Assembly (NCBI GenBank): GCA_965221165.1
Contig: CBDCRP010000003.1
Location: 608,001-672,000 of the forward strand
Direction of reading: 5' to 3'
DNA length: 64,000 nucleotides
From: a bacterium
Lineage (GTDB): Bacteria > UBA8248
Shown one piece after another: positions 17,361 to 26,971 of the stretch. The notes beneath the pieces are model-generated. The model made no database searches. It saw only the letters and a program-made list of their open reading frames with translations, and was not told where the DNA came from. The position numbers and the translations under genes are program-made. The stretch's first letter is position 1, and each line of letters starts with the position of its first letter.

Positions 17361-19130
17361 ATGAGTGAGGCCCCCCAAGTAAACACACGCACCGAGGATC
17401 GCGACGGAATGCGAATCACCTGGCACCAGCCCATCGAGATGGACGACGGCCTCGTGCTTCGCGCCGACGTGTTCCGGCCCACCCAAGAGGGGAAATACCC
17501 CGTCATCTTGACCTACGGCATTTACGCCAAGGGGGTGGCCTACCAGGAGGGCTATCACCACCAGTGGAACAAGATGGTGGCGGATTATCCCGAAATCCTG
17601 GAGATGTCCACCAACAAATACCAGAACTGGGAGGTGACGGACCCCGAATGCTGGATTCCGCACGGCTACGTCTGCATTCGCGTGGACTCGCGCGGGGCGG
17701 GCTGGACGCCCGGCTTCATGCAGCCCAACTCGCCTCGGGAAATAGACGACCTCTACGAGTGCATCGAATGGGCGGGCGGGCAGGAGTGGAGCAACGGCAA
17801 GGTGGGGATGCTGGGCATCTCCTACTACGCGCGCAACCAGTGGCGCATCGCGGGCCGAAAGCCCCCCCACCTCACCGCCATCATCCCCTGGGAGGGCGGG
17901 AACGACAATTATCGCGATTCGGGCTATCACGGGGGAATCCTGAGCCAGTTCGCCGAGCAGTGGTCGAAAATCCAGGTGATGAACGTCCAGTACGGACGCG
18001 GGGAGAACGCGCGGAAACACCCCGTGACGGGAGAATCCACCGCCGGGCCCATTACGCTCACAGACGAGCAACTCGCGCAAAACCGCATCAACGCCTTCGT
18101 AGAGCTCAAAAAACACCCCTTCGACGACCAGTGGCACCGCGATCGCTCCGGAGACCTCTCGAAAGTCACGCTGCCGCTTCTCACCTGCGCCAACTGGGGC
18201 GGACAGGGCATCCACCCGCGCGGGAATTTCAACGGCTACATCGAAACGCCCTCCGAGCAGAAGTGGCTCGAAGCGCACGGGGATTCCCACTGGTCGCTGT
18301 TTTCGAGCGCCTACGGCCTGGACTTACAGAAGCGCTTCTTCGATTATTTCCTGAAAGGAATCGACAACGGCTGGGAGGAGACCCCGCGCGTGGCGCTCAA
18401 CGTCCGCCACCCGGGGCCGAAATTCGTCCATCGCTACGAGAACGAGTGGCCGCTGGCGCGCACGCAGTGGACGAAGTTCTATCTCGATCTCGAGAACAAG
18501 TCGCTCGGCAAAGAGCCCGTCGGGGGAGAAGCAAGCCTCGAATACGACGGCATGGGTGAGGGCGTGACGTTCTGGATGCCCTCGATGGAAGAGGATACCG
18601 AAATCACGGGACCCATGGCGTCCAAACTCTTCGTCTCCTCATCCACCGAAAACGCCGATTTGTTCATCATCGTCCGCGTGTTCGATCCCGAGGGTAAGGA
18701 ACTCACCTTCATGGGCTCCACAGACCCGCACACGCCGATAGCGAACGGCTGGCTGCGCGTCTCGCACCGAGCGCTTGATCCGGAAAAGAGCAGTTTCTAC
18801 CGGCCCTATCATCCACACGATAAGGCGGAGCCGCTCACGCCCGGCGAAGTGTATGAGTGCGACATGGAGATCGTCACCTCGTGCATCGTCGTGCCCGCCG
18901 GCTGGCGGGTGGCGTTCACCGTGCGCGGGAAGGACTATGAATACACGGGCGAGCTCAGCGAGTTCGGAAAACAGTTCCACTACTCCACGAAAGGAACGGG
19001 CGGCATGACGCACAATGACCCCGACGACCGCCCGGCGGCGATTTTCGACAACAAGGTGACCTTACACGCCGGCGGCGGACGCGACCCCTATCTACTCCTG
19101 CCCATCATCCCGCCGAAAGAAGGGGTGTAG
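17361..19130 (+). CDS. CocE/NonD family serine hydrolase
   Basis: LRADVFRP, VDSRGAG, WSNGKVGMLGISY, NGWLRVSHR. Confidence 0.9.
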   Translation: MSEAPQVNTRTEDRDGMRITWHQPIEMDDGLVLRADVFRPTQEGKYPVILTYGIYAKGVAYQEGYHHQWNKMVADYPEILEMSTNKYQNWEVTDPECWIPHGYVCIRVDSRGAGWTPGFMQPNSPREIDDLYECIEWAGGQEWSNGKVGMLGISYYARNQWRIAGRKPPHLTAIIPWEGGNDNYRDSGYHGGILSQFAEQWSKIQVMNVQYGRGENARKHPVTGESTAGPITLTDEQLAQNRINAFVELKKHPFDDQWHRDRSGDLSKVTLPLLTCANWGGQGIHPRGNFNGYIETPSEQKWLEAHGDSHWSLFSSAYGLDLQKRFFDYFLKGIDNGWEETPRVALNVRHPGPKFVHRYENEWPLARTQWTKFYLDLENKSLGKEPVGGEASLEYDGMGEGVTFWMPSMEEDTEITGPMASKLFVSSSTENADLFIIVRVFDPEGKELTFMGSTDPHTPIANGWLRVSHRALDPEKSSFYRPYHPHDKAEPLTPGEVYECDMEIVTSCIVVPAGWRVAFTVRGKDYEYTGELSEFGKQFHYSTKGTGGMTHNDPDDRPAAIFDNKVTLHAGGGRDPYLLLPIIPPKEGV

Positions 19131-19213
19131 GCGAAGCGAGTAAGAGCTCTACTTTTGGTTGAAGCGTAACAAATTGATGCTCCTCCTCCTGAAGGGAGGG
19201 GGAAGTATCAATA

Positions 19214-19984
19214 TCACCCCGCCGCGGCGCGGCCGCCGTCCACCACGATGTGCTGTCCGGTGAGGTAATCGGACGCACCGGAGCATAAGAACAGCGCGGC
19301 ACCGGCGACGTCCTCAGGACTTCCTGCGCGTCCCGCAGGCGTGCGCGCGAAGACTTCCGCCATCTTCTCGGGGTTGGCGAACAGGCCTCCCGTCATCGGC
19401 GTTTTGGTGAGTTGCGGCCCCAAGGCGTTCACCTGGATGCCGTGCTGCGCCCACTCGATCGCCAGCGCGCGCGTCAAGGAGACGACCGCGCCCTTGGTGG
19501 CGACGTAGGCGGACTGGTTCGGTACCGCGCGCTCGGCCACCATGGAGGTGAGGAAAACGATTTTTCCGCCGCCGCCCTGGGCGACCATCGCCCCGGCGGC
19601 TTCTTGCGCGCAGAGAAACGCGCCGCGCACGTTCGACTTCAGGAGCGCGTCCAGGTCGTCCGGCGTGTGATCGAGGGCGGGTTTCACGATGTTCATCGCA
19701 GCGCTGTTCACCAGGGCGTGCAACCCTCCGTGGCGGGAGACGACCTCTTTCACGAGAGCGGAAACCGAGCCGGCGTCCGCGATGTCGCAAGGGTGGAAAT
19801 CCGCGTTAAGACCATCCGCGCGAAAGGCCGAGAGCGCCTCATCCCCGCGCTCGGCCGAGCGGCCCGAGAGCACCACGCGCGCCCCTGCGCCCGCAAGCGC
19901 CTTCGCGATCGCCAGACCGATGCCCGACGTGCCCCCCGTGACGAGCGCGACGCTGCCGTCCATCCTGAATTGCTCCATCATCAC
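19214..19984 (-). CDS. SDR family oxidoreductase
   Basis: TGGTSGIG, YVATK, TGQHIVVDGG. Confidence 0.9.
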   Translation of the reverse strand: MMMEQFRMDGSVALVTGGTSGIGLAIAKALAGAGARVVLSGRSAERGDEALSAFRADGLNADFHPCDIADAGSVSALVKEVVSRHGGLHALVNSAAMNIVKPALDHTPDDLDALLKSNVRGAFLCAQEAAGAMVAQGGGGKIVFLTSMVAERAVPNQSAYVATKGAVVSLTRALAIEWAQHGIQVNALGPQLTKTPMTGGLFANPEKMAEVFARTPAGRAGSPEDVAGAALFLCSGASDYLTGQHIVVDGGRAAAG

Positions 19985-20006
19985 TTCACCTCCGAAAAAT
20001 CGAGAA

Positions 20007-20816
20007 TCACAGGCGCGCCCTTAGATATTCCATCGTCTTCGTCGCCGCCGTCTTGAAATCGGGCTTCTGGGCGAGTTGGGCCGAGAGATAGCCCGTATAG
20101 CCCACCTCTTTTAGCGCGGCGATGATCTCACCAAAGGGAATATGGCCCGAACCCGGGTAGGTGCGCGTGTTGTCGGCGATGTGAAAATAATCGATTCGCG
20201 CCCCCGCCTCGCGAATCGAGCCCGCGAAGGAGGCGTCCTCGATGTTCATGTGAAAGCTGTCGATCAGAAAACCCACCGCCTCGTGGTTCATCGCATCCAG
20301 AAACGCGAGTCCATCTTGTGTCGAGCGCACGAAGTTCGTGTTGAAGCGGTGGTGCGGCTCGAAGAGCATGCGTATGCCGCGCTCCCCTGCCCTGTCGGCG
20401 CCCGCCCTCAGAGAATCCCACATCCAGGCTTCGGACTCCCCTCTCCGCTCGTCCTCCAAGAGATTCCCCCGGAAGCGGCCGATGTTCACCGGACAGCCCA
20501 ACTCGCCCGCGAAATCGATGTGGGCGAACAGCCGCTCCAGAGCCTGTACGCGCGTCTCCGCCTCGGGGTGGCAAAGTTCAATCTCGTCCTGATAGGAGAT
20601 GGGCGCGGTGCCGATGAGAGAAACTTCCAAGCCCGATTCATCGAGCGTGCGGCGCAGTTCGTCCTTATCGAAAGCGGCGGTGTCGCGAACCGCGAGTTCC
20701 ACGCCGTCAAAGCCTAAATCTTTCAGGAACATGAGATTGTCCCGGAACGCGCCGCGCACCGCGGGCATCAGCGGCGTCGTCACGTCGGGCGTTGCGACCA
20801 CGTAACCGATTTTCAT
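20007..20816 (-). CDS. Sugar phosphate isomerase/epimerase (xylose isomerase-like TIM barrel)
   Basis: GFDGVEL, EPHHRFNT, DSFHMNIED, HIADNTR..PGSGH. Confidence 0.85.
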   Translation of the reverse strand: MKIGYVVATPDVTTPLMPAVRGAFRDNLMFLKDLGFDGVELAVRDTAAFDKDELRRTLDESGLEVSLIGTAPISYQDEIELCHPEAETRVQALERLFAHIDFAGELGCPVNIGRFRGNLLEDERRGESEAWMWDSLRAGADRAGERGIRMLFEPHHRFNTNFVRSTQDGLAFLDAMNHEAVGFLIDSFHMNIEDASFAGSIREAGARIDYFHIADNTRTYPGSGHIPFGEIIAALKEVGYTGYLSAQLAQKPDFKTAATKTMEYLRARL

Positions 20817-21047
20817 TCTGCCCTGCTCCTTTCAGCCAATCGTTTCATCAAAATTCCATCGGTACCGATACCAGGAAAACAAATCACTTCATCTGCTGCG
20901 GCGACACGGGAGAATAACCCGCCCGCTCCCTATTTTCATAGGCCGCCCGGGTGTTTGGGGAAAATGGCCGCCCCATGTCCCCGCCCCTTCGAGACCCATA
21001 GGCGGATAGGGAGGACTATCCCGAAACCCCGTTGATGATTTTTTTGA

Positions 21048-21785
21048 TTACACCCCGAACAATCTTCTCGCCGTGCCGCCCAGAATTTTCTCCTCATCCG
21101 CAGCGGGCAAGCCCAGGCTCTCGACCTGCGATACGACCGCCGCAGGCTCGTGCTCCGGCCACCAGGAGCCGATGAGCAGCCTATCGGCGCCGACTTCGGT
21201 CACCGCGCGCCGCATCCAGCTTGTGGGCGCTACGCCGATCTCCAGAACGAGGTTCTCACACTCCGCCATCGCCGCGAGATAATCGGGCCAAAAGGCCCAC
21301 GTCCAGCAGCGGCTCATCAGCACGGGCCGCCCGGGCAGGGCGTCGGCCACGATGCAATCGCTATACACCGCGCCGCCCAGGGTGGGCATGTGGCCTTCGT
21401 GCTCGATGGCGAACAGGATGCCGCGATCCGCGCACCTTTGCGCGACGGGCACGTAGAAGCGCTCTATCAATCCCGTGCCCGGCGTGAAGCCCCAGGAGGT
21501 GAATAGTTTCACGCCCGACAAGCCGAGTTCGGCGACATGATCCGCCTCGTCCGGGCCGTCGTAGTGGTTCAGCGCGCCCCATCCGGCGAGCCGATCCGGA
21601 TGCGCGCGGCAGGCCGCAGCGACCGCCTCGTTCGCCTCACTCCAGTTGAATTTCTGGGTGGCCTCGAAGGGCTGAAGCGCCGCGCGTTCGACGCCGGCCC
21701 CATCCATCGCCTTTAATATCTCAGCGACCGAGTGGCCCTGCTCGAGATGGGGATGCTTTAAGCACACCGCCGTGTCGAAAATCAT
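21048..21785 (-). CDS. Amidohydrolase-fold protein with degenerate metal ligands
   Basis: Colinear with the upstream paralog but DTAVCL replaces DHHAHL and GSWWP replaces GSDSP. Confidence 0.75.
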   Translation of the reverse strand: MIFDTAVCLKHPHLEQGHSVAEILKAMDGAGVERAALQPFEATQKFNWSEANEAVAAACRAHPDRLAGWGALNHYDGPDEADHVAELGLSGVKLFTSWGFTPGTGLIERFYVPVAQRCADRGILFAIEHEGHMPTLGGAVYSDCIVADALPGRPVLMSRCWTWAFWPDYLAAMAECENLVLEIGVAPTSWMRRAVTEVGADRLLIGSWWPEHEPAAVVSQVESLGLPAADEEKILGGTARRLFGV

Positions 21786-22543
21786 GCCGCCTCCCCGTCC
21801 AGGCCCAGCAGACGCTCGATGTTGCCGCCCAGAATCAAATCCTTCTCCTCTCGCGTGAGGTCCAGGGTTTCGATCAGGCCCTTACAGGCGATGGGGTGGC
21901 TCGTGGGGCTGTCCGAGCCGAACAACAGGCGCTCCGGCCCCACCGCCGCCAGCGCGTTTCTGAGCGGCCCGCCGTGGTTCATCGAGGTGTCCACCCAAAT
22001 GTTCGGGTATTTTCGGGCGACGTAGCAGGCGTCGGCGAACATGGCATGGCCGATGTGGCCCAGGATGATGTCCACGTCGGGAAACGCGCGCGCCAGATCG
22101 GCGCAGAGAATCGGGCCGCTGTGCGGCGCATGGCCCGTGTGGATGAAGATGGGGACCTTCAACTCCCGGCATTTTTCCATGACGGGATAGACGTATTCGC
22201 GGCTGTTCGCGGGATGAGAGTCCGACACCGGGTGGAGCTTCAAGCCCAGGTGGCCCATTTCGCGCACCGCCTCGTCACAGTGGCGCAGACACGCATCGAT
22301 TCCGTAGAGCGGGGGATGGAGATAGGCGAAGCACATGAGCCTGTCCGCGTGGCGCTTACAAATCTCGGCGGCCTCGCGGTTTCCGAGGCGGTAATCGCCG
22401 CCGTAAAGAGAAGCCAGATCGATCACGATGCTCTTGTCCACACCCGCCTCGTCCATCGCGCGCAAGACTTCCTCGGCCCCCGTCTTGTGGCGATGGCCGT
22501 AGTTGAGGGCGAGGTGCGCGTGATGATCGATAATCGCAGGCAT
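21782..22543 (-). CDS. Amidohydrolase family 2 protein
   Basis: IDHHAH, GLKLHP, FIHTG, ILGHIG, LFGSDSP. Confidence 0.9.
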   Translation of the reverse strand: MPAIIDHHAHLALNYGHRHKTGAEEVLRAMDEAGVDKSIVIDLASLYGGDYRLGNREAAEICKRHADRLMCFAYLHPPLYGIDACLRHCDEAVREMGHLGLKLHPVSDSHPANSREYVYPVMEKCRELKVPIFIHTGHAPHSGPILCADLARAFPDVDIILGHIGHAMFADACYVARKYPNIWVDTSMNHGGPLRNALAAVGPERLLFGSDSPTSHPIACKGLIETLDLTREEKDLILGGNIERLLGLDGEAA

Positions 22544-22699
22544 GAACGCCTCAGCAAAGATGAAAAACCATTGCGTGGACGGCGAATACTATAGCCGCAA
22601 CTTCGGGTGGAGGAAAAGCGGAAGTTCCGTTGCCCGAACGCCGGTGATTCTGTAGCCTTAGGGCCGTCTGATTCCACACAAAACCCGGAGAGCACGTAC

Positions 22700-23647
22700 A
22701 TGAGAGAAGACCAGAGGCTGCTGCACGGCGCAATCGACACCCACATCCACGCATCGCCCAGCCTGTTCCCGCGCGTTTGCGACCACATCGAGTGCGCGCG
22801 CGGGGCGGCTTCGGCGGGGATGCGCGGCGTGGTTTTCAAGATCCACCACGGGGACACGTCGGGCCGCATCCCCATCGTGCGCGAGGTGATGGGCGACGCC
22901 ATCGAGATTTACGGGGGTATCACGCTCAACAGCCCGGTGGGCGGGTTCAACCCCTTTGCGGTGGACACCGCCATCAAGATGGGGGCGAAGATGGTGTGGA
23001 TGCCCACCATCAACGCGCTGAACCATCTCGAAAAGCTGGGCGCGCCGCACTTTCCGGGCATGAAGCAGGTACAAGGCGTGAAACTCGAAGAAAAGGGCCT
23101 GACCATCTTCTCCGACAAGAGGCGAACGAAGATACACCCGGAAGTCAGAACCATCTGCAAGCTCATCGCCGATGCGGGAATCTGCCTGAGCACGGGGCAT
23201 CTGAGCGTGGATGAGGTGCGCGCCTTGATCCCCCTAGCGAAAGAAGAGGGGGTCAAGCACATCATCGTGCAGCACCCCGAATACATCGTGGACGCATCCA
23301 TTGAGGAGCAGGTGGAGTTCGCTAAAATGGGAGCGTACATCGAGCATCTGGCGATCTTCTGCTTCACCCACTGGGGCGCGTACCCCACGGATAAGAGCGC
23401 CCCGCCCATCTCCGTAAAGGAGCAGGCGAAGATGGTGAAGGCCGTAGGACCCGCGCGCACGATTCTATCCACGGACCTGGGCCAACTCCACAACGCGCCC
23501 CCCTGGGAGGGTCTGCGCGTGTTCGTTCAACTCATGCTGGAAAACGGCATCAAGCCACGGGAGATCGAAACGATGCTGCACAAAAACCCGGCCCGGGTGC
23601 TCGGCCTGCCCCTGAAAGTGCCGAAGAGAGAGGCTGAATCCGTTTAG
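22700..23647 (+). CDS. DUF6282-like amidohydrolase-fold protein
   Basis: GAIDTHIHASP, GGITLN..GGFNP, VWMPT, TGH, STDLGQ. Confidence 0.8.
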   Translation: MREDQRLLHGAIDTHIHASPSLFPRVCDHIECARGAASAGMRGVVFKIHHGDTSGRIPIVREVMGDAIEIYGGITLNSPVGGFNPFAVDTAIKMGAKMVWMPTINALNHLEKLGAPHFPGMKQVQGVKLEEKGLTIFSDKRRTKIHPEVRTICKLIADAGICLSTGHLSVDEVRALIPLAKEEGVKHIIVQHPEYIVDASIEEQVEFAKMGAYIEHLAIFCFTHWGAYPTDKSAPPISVKEQAKMVKAVGPARTILSTDLGQLHNAPPWEGLRVFVQLMLENGIKPREIETMLHKNPARVLGLPLKVPKREAESV

Positions 23648-23654
23648 AAATTGT

Positions 23655-23830
23655 GTGGGGGCGGTTCGCGAACCGCCCGACTCTCTCGAAGGTCAAACCC
23701 AATTGAAGAAGGGGGTGTGGTTTTGTAGGGTCAGACATATATGTCTGCCACCTGCGTGTTCTCCCGAAACCGCGCCGAGGTAAACGGGCGGGCATAACGG
23801 AGACGGGCGGACACACAGGTCCGCCCCTAC
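23655..23830. repeat. Cluster of GTAG-type REP-like hairpins
   Basis: GTGGGGGCGGTTCGCGAACCGCCC (23655-78), GTAGGGTCAGACATATATGTCTG (from 23725), and GGGCGGACACACAGGTCCGCCCCTAC (23805-30, inverted). Confidence 0.75.
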
Positions 23831-23862
23831 GGGAGCAAATACGAAAGGTGACGGTTTTTGAT

Positions 23863-24032
23863 CGTCATTCCGGCGGATGCCGGAATCCAGAACCGAAGAG
23901 GGTGAAGACATTACAGCATTTCATTCCCTCTCCGGCTGGCGGGAACGCAGGCAAAAAAGAAAAGACAAAAGATAAATTCTTTGGATTCCGCATTTCCTCC
24001 CTCCTTGGTCGGAAATGACACCGGAATGACGG
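23863..24032. repeat. Second copy of the GTCATTCCGG..CCGGAATCCA inverted element
   Basis: CGTCATTCCGGCGGATGCCGGAATCCA (23863-89) paired with TGGATTCCG..CCGGAATGACGG (23982-24032). Confidence 0.75.
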
Positions 24033-24049
24033 ATACTGAAGCTTGGGTC

Positions 24050-25354
24050 CTAAAGCGAATACGTCGAATCCCGAACGAACCGGCCCAGATTCGCCTTCGT
24101 CTCGTCCCCGAAACTCTCGAACATCTCGAGCGTGGCCCCCTTGCTTCCCTCGACTGCGGGCTGATCGAAAGGGTTCACCCCGCGCAGCAGACCGCCGTAC
24201 ACCGCCGCCCACTGCCAGAGCGCAATGAGGCCGCAAACCTCGGGGGCGGCCAGGGAATCGAGCGTGAGCACCATGTGGGGCGTTCCCCTGCTCTCGGCTT
24301 CGGCGACGACGCCCGCGTGCTCCATCTGGAGAAATTCCGTGCAACTCACCCCGCCCGCCAGGCGTGTATCCTCCTGAAAACTGCCGACGCAAAGCGACAG
24401 GCCCACCACGTTCTCCCGCCCGCCGAAATATCTCTGGTTCGTGTGGTGCTGGCTCTCGGGCGCGCCCGCCCGGAGGATCGTCTGGCCGCGCCCGGCCTTA
24501 CAGTAGCTCTCGTGAACGAGCTGCACGATGAGTTCACCCACGCCCGAGAGCGCATGGGCGTAAATCGGCATGAAAACCTCCGTATAGCCTGCGTTCTCGG
24601 CCCGCCAGAGTTCCAGGGCCAGATGTTTCGCCATGTTCTCGTTTACGGGCGAGGCGGCTCCGAGCTTTTGGTGGGCGTCGGCGAAGGCGGCGTCTATCTC
24701 ACCGGCCAGCGCCGTATTCCCGTGGAGCATCGCAAGGGGCAGGAGCGCGTTGTTCTGCGCGGCGGTGAAGCGCCCCCCCACGTCGTCGGGGTGCGGGAAA
24801 GTCTCGAGCCGTGCAGCGGCGACCATCTCTGCCAGCTTGCTAGGTCCCGAGGAGGTAATCGCGAGAACCGGATAGCCGTGCTCCATCAGGAGGGCGGTTT
24901 CCTGAATCACGTTTTCCGTCTCGCCGGATTTGCTCACGGGTACGACGAGCGTGTTCTCCGGATCAAACGCGCCGTCTCCCCGCAGGAGTTCTCCGAGCAA
25001 TCCGCTCATGTCCGTGCCGTCGAGCAGATGCAGCTTTTTAGGGAAATCCCGCTCGAAAAGCGCTAGATAGAGCGCCCATACATTTCGTATCGACCCCCCG
25101 TTTCCGACCACGACGACGTGCTCCTTGCCCTCCGCCGCCTTTACCTTCTCTTCCATGCCGCCTATGTCCGCGCGCTCGACCGCGAACCAGGGCTCCCCCG
25201 GCCCCGCCTGATAGCGCGCTATCAGTTCAGCACACCGCGCAGCGTCGTCGAGCAAGTCTCTCTTCTCACGCCAGAGGCCGTCTTTACCTCTCTCGCCGAG
25301 CGGCGCTTCAAAACTTTTCGCATACAGATGCAGGCTCAAACCCAGGCTCCTCAA
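24050..25354 (-). CDS. Glucose-6-phosphate isomerase-like (SIS) protein
   Basis: GNGGS, SKSGETEN, DVGGRFT, QHHTNQ, GVNPFDQPAVEGSK. Confidence 0.75.
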   Translation of the reverse strand: MRSLGLSLHLYAKSFEAPLGERGKDGLWREKRDLLDDAARCAELIARYQAGPGEPWFAVERADIGGMEEKVKAAEGKEHVVVVGNGGSIRNVWALYLALFERDFPKKLHLLDGTDMSGLLGELLRGDGAFDPENTLVVPVSKSGETENVIQETALLMEHGYPVLAITSSGPSKLAEMVAAARLETFPHPDDVGGRFTAAQNNALLPLAMLHGNTALAGEIDAAFADAHQKLGAASPVNENMAKHLALELWRAENAGYTEVFMPIYAHALSGVGELIVQLVHESYCKAGRGQTILRAGAPESQHHTNQRYFGGRENVVGLSLCVGSFQEDTRLAGGVSCTEFLQMEHAGVVAEAESRGTPHMVLTLDSLAAPEVCGLIALWQWAAVYGGLLRGVNPFDQPAVEGSKGATLEMFESFGDETKANLGRFVRDSTYSL

Positions 25355-25384
25355 ACTTAAGGTGGCGGGAAAATCTCTTTTTTA

Positions 25385-26254
25385 TTATATCGGCCCCGCA
25401 TCGAGATGGGCCTTCATGCTGCGCACGACGATGGGGATTAGTCCAAAGCGCGGCAGATTCAAGCGCGCGAAAACGAACTCCGCCGCCTCTTGGGGTGAAA
25501 CATCATCTCCCTTGAGCGACACGGCCTCCCGAACCAGGCCGTCGATTTCCCTCATATAACCGGCCCCGCTTTCGATGTGCTTTGAGACCGCCTCATCGCG
25601 CGAGACCGCCCGGCTCATGGCCGATAGCAACACTTTCACTCCCGGAACCGCCTTTAGTTTCTCCAGGCTTTGTAAGGTCGTCGACACGCTCTCATAAATG
25701 GGCAGCGTGCCGGGTTCGGGCAGCACGTCGCCGCAGATGAGCGCGCCGTCCTCAGGGACGAAGAAAGAGAGGCTCCCCGCAGAATGCCCCGGCGTATGAA
25801 TCACCCGGACCGATACGCCGCCCGGCGATATCTCATCGCCCCCAGAGAGAAAGCCTGAGAGCTTCACCGGGCCAGACACCGCCTCGCGCATTCTTCCCAC
25901 CGGACGGACGTCGTGCTGATAGTCCAAATCCTCAATCATCCGCCTTTCAGCTTCAGGGCCCAGGAATTCAGGCCGCGCGCGCTCCGCGATCAGGCCGTTG
26001 CCGCCGATGTGGTCGAAATGGGAATGCGTGAGGAGGACGTGCGCAATTTCTTCCGGCTTTCTGCCGATGGATTCGATGTAGCTGAAAATGCCGGGCGCGG
26101 TGGAGGCGACGCCCGTATCGATTATAGTGAGCGAATCGCCCGTGAGTATGTAGGATGTCACGAACCGGGGAATCCGCTCGCCCGTGGGCGTTTTGATCTC
26201 GAATTCCAGCCAGAGACAATGCACGTGAGGCGTGATCTGCACGGAATCACCCAT
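25385..26254 (-). CDS. MBL fold metallo-hydrolase
   Basis: IDTG, THSHFDHIGG, TPGHSAG, GD. Confidence 0.9.
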   Translation of the reverse strand: MGDSVQITPHVHCLWLEFEIKTPTGERIPRFVTSYILTGDSLTIIDTGVASTAPGIFSYIESIGRKPEEIAHVLLTHSHFDHIGGNGLIAERARPEFLGPEAERRMIEDLDYQHDVRPVGRMREAVSGPVKLSGFLSGGDEISPGGVSVRVIHTPGHSAGSLSFFVPEDGALICGDVLPEPGTLPIYESVSTTLQSLEKLKAVPGVKVLLSAMSRAVSRDEAVSKHIESGAGYMREIDGLVREAVSLKGDDVSPQEAAEFVFARLNLPRFGLIPIVVRSMKAHLDAGPI

Positions 26255-26532
26255 AAGAATGGTGGAAAGTTGATTGGTTCACCCGACATCGGGAATCTAT
26301 CAAAACAAGAGGCGAAATGTGAAACACTCTCCCGCCTTAAAAATTTTCGCCCGGAGGTTTAATGACGCTCCGGCCCATCTTTTCGCGGCGGTTTTATTGA
26401 AATCACGAAACCCTCATCTTTTCCTCGCCTCTATCTTGCTGTATAAAGCCGCTTTGCGGTGAGTTGGCCGTAATACGCCTTTTTCGACAAAGCGGCCCGC
26501 CGCGCCCGGAAAACATTTATGGGGAGCCTGTG

Positions 26533-26955
26533 ATGAATACGACTGCCTTAAGTTTAACCCTACTCGCCGTCTTGTGTTTCGGCGTCTGGGGATTTTTCAT
26601 GAAGCTGGGCCAGGAGCGCCTGGGCGCCATGCCCCACCTGATGGGAATGGGCGTGACCACCGTCGTCGTCGTCGTCATCGCCGTTATAAGTAGGCAGTTT
26701 CCGCTTCCGCCGATGCGTTGGGAGGTCATGTGGCTGCCCGTGGTCGCCACGGTGGCCACCCTGCTGGCCATGCTCTTTCTGGTGCTGGCCCTGTCGAAGG
26801 CGCAGGGGCAGACGGCGGGCGTGGTGGCGCTTTCGGCCCTTTATCCGGGCGTCACGGCGATTCTGGCGGCGCTCTTTCTGGGCGAGGGTTTCACGCCCGC
26901 CAAGGTGGGCGGGCTTCTCTGCGCCGCTCTGGCCGCGTTCCTGTTCACCCGCTAG
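26533..26955 (+). CDS. Single-domain EamA/DMT membrane protein
   Basis: CFGVWGFFMK..ALYPGVTAILAALFLGEGF. Confidence 0.8.
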   Translation: MNTTALSLTLLAVLCFGVWGFFMKLGQERLGAMPHLMGMGVTTVVVVVIAVISRQFPLPPMRWEVMWLPVVATVATLLAMLFLVLALSKAQGQTAGVVALSALYPGVTAILAALFLGEGFTPAKVGGLLCAALAAFLFTR

Positions 26956-26971
26956 GTGAGACTTTAACGCC

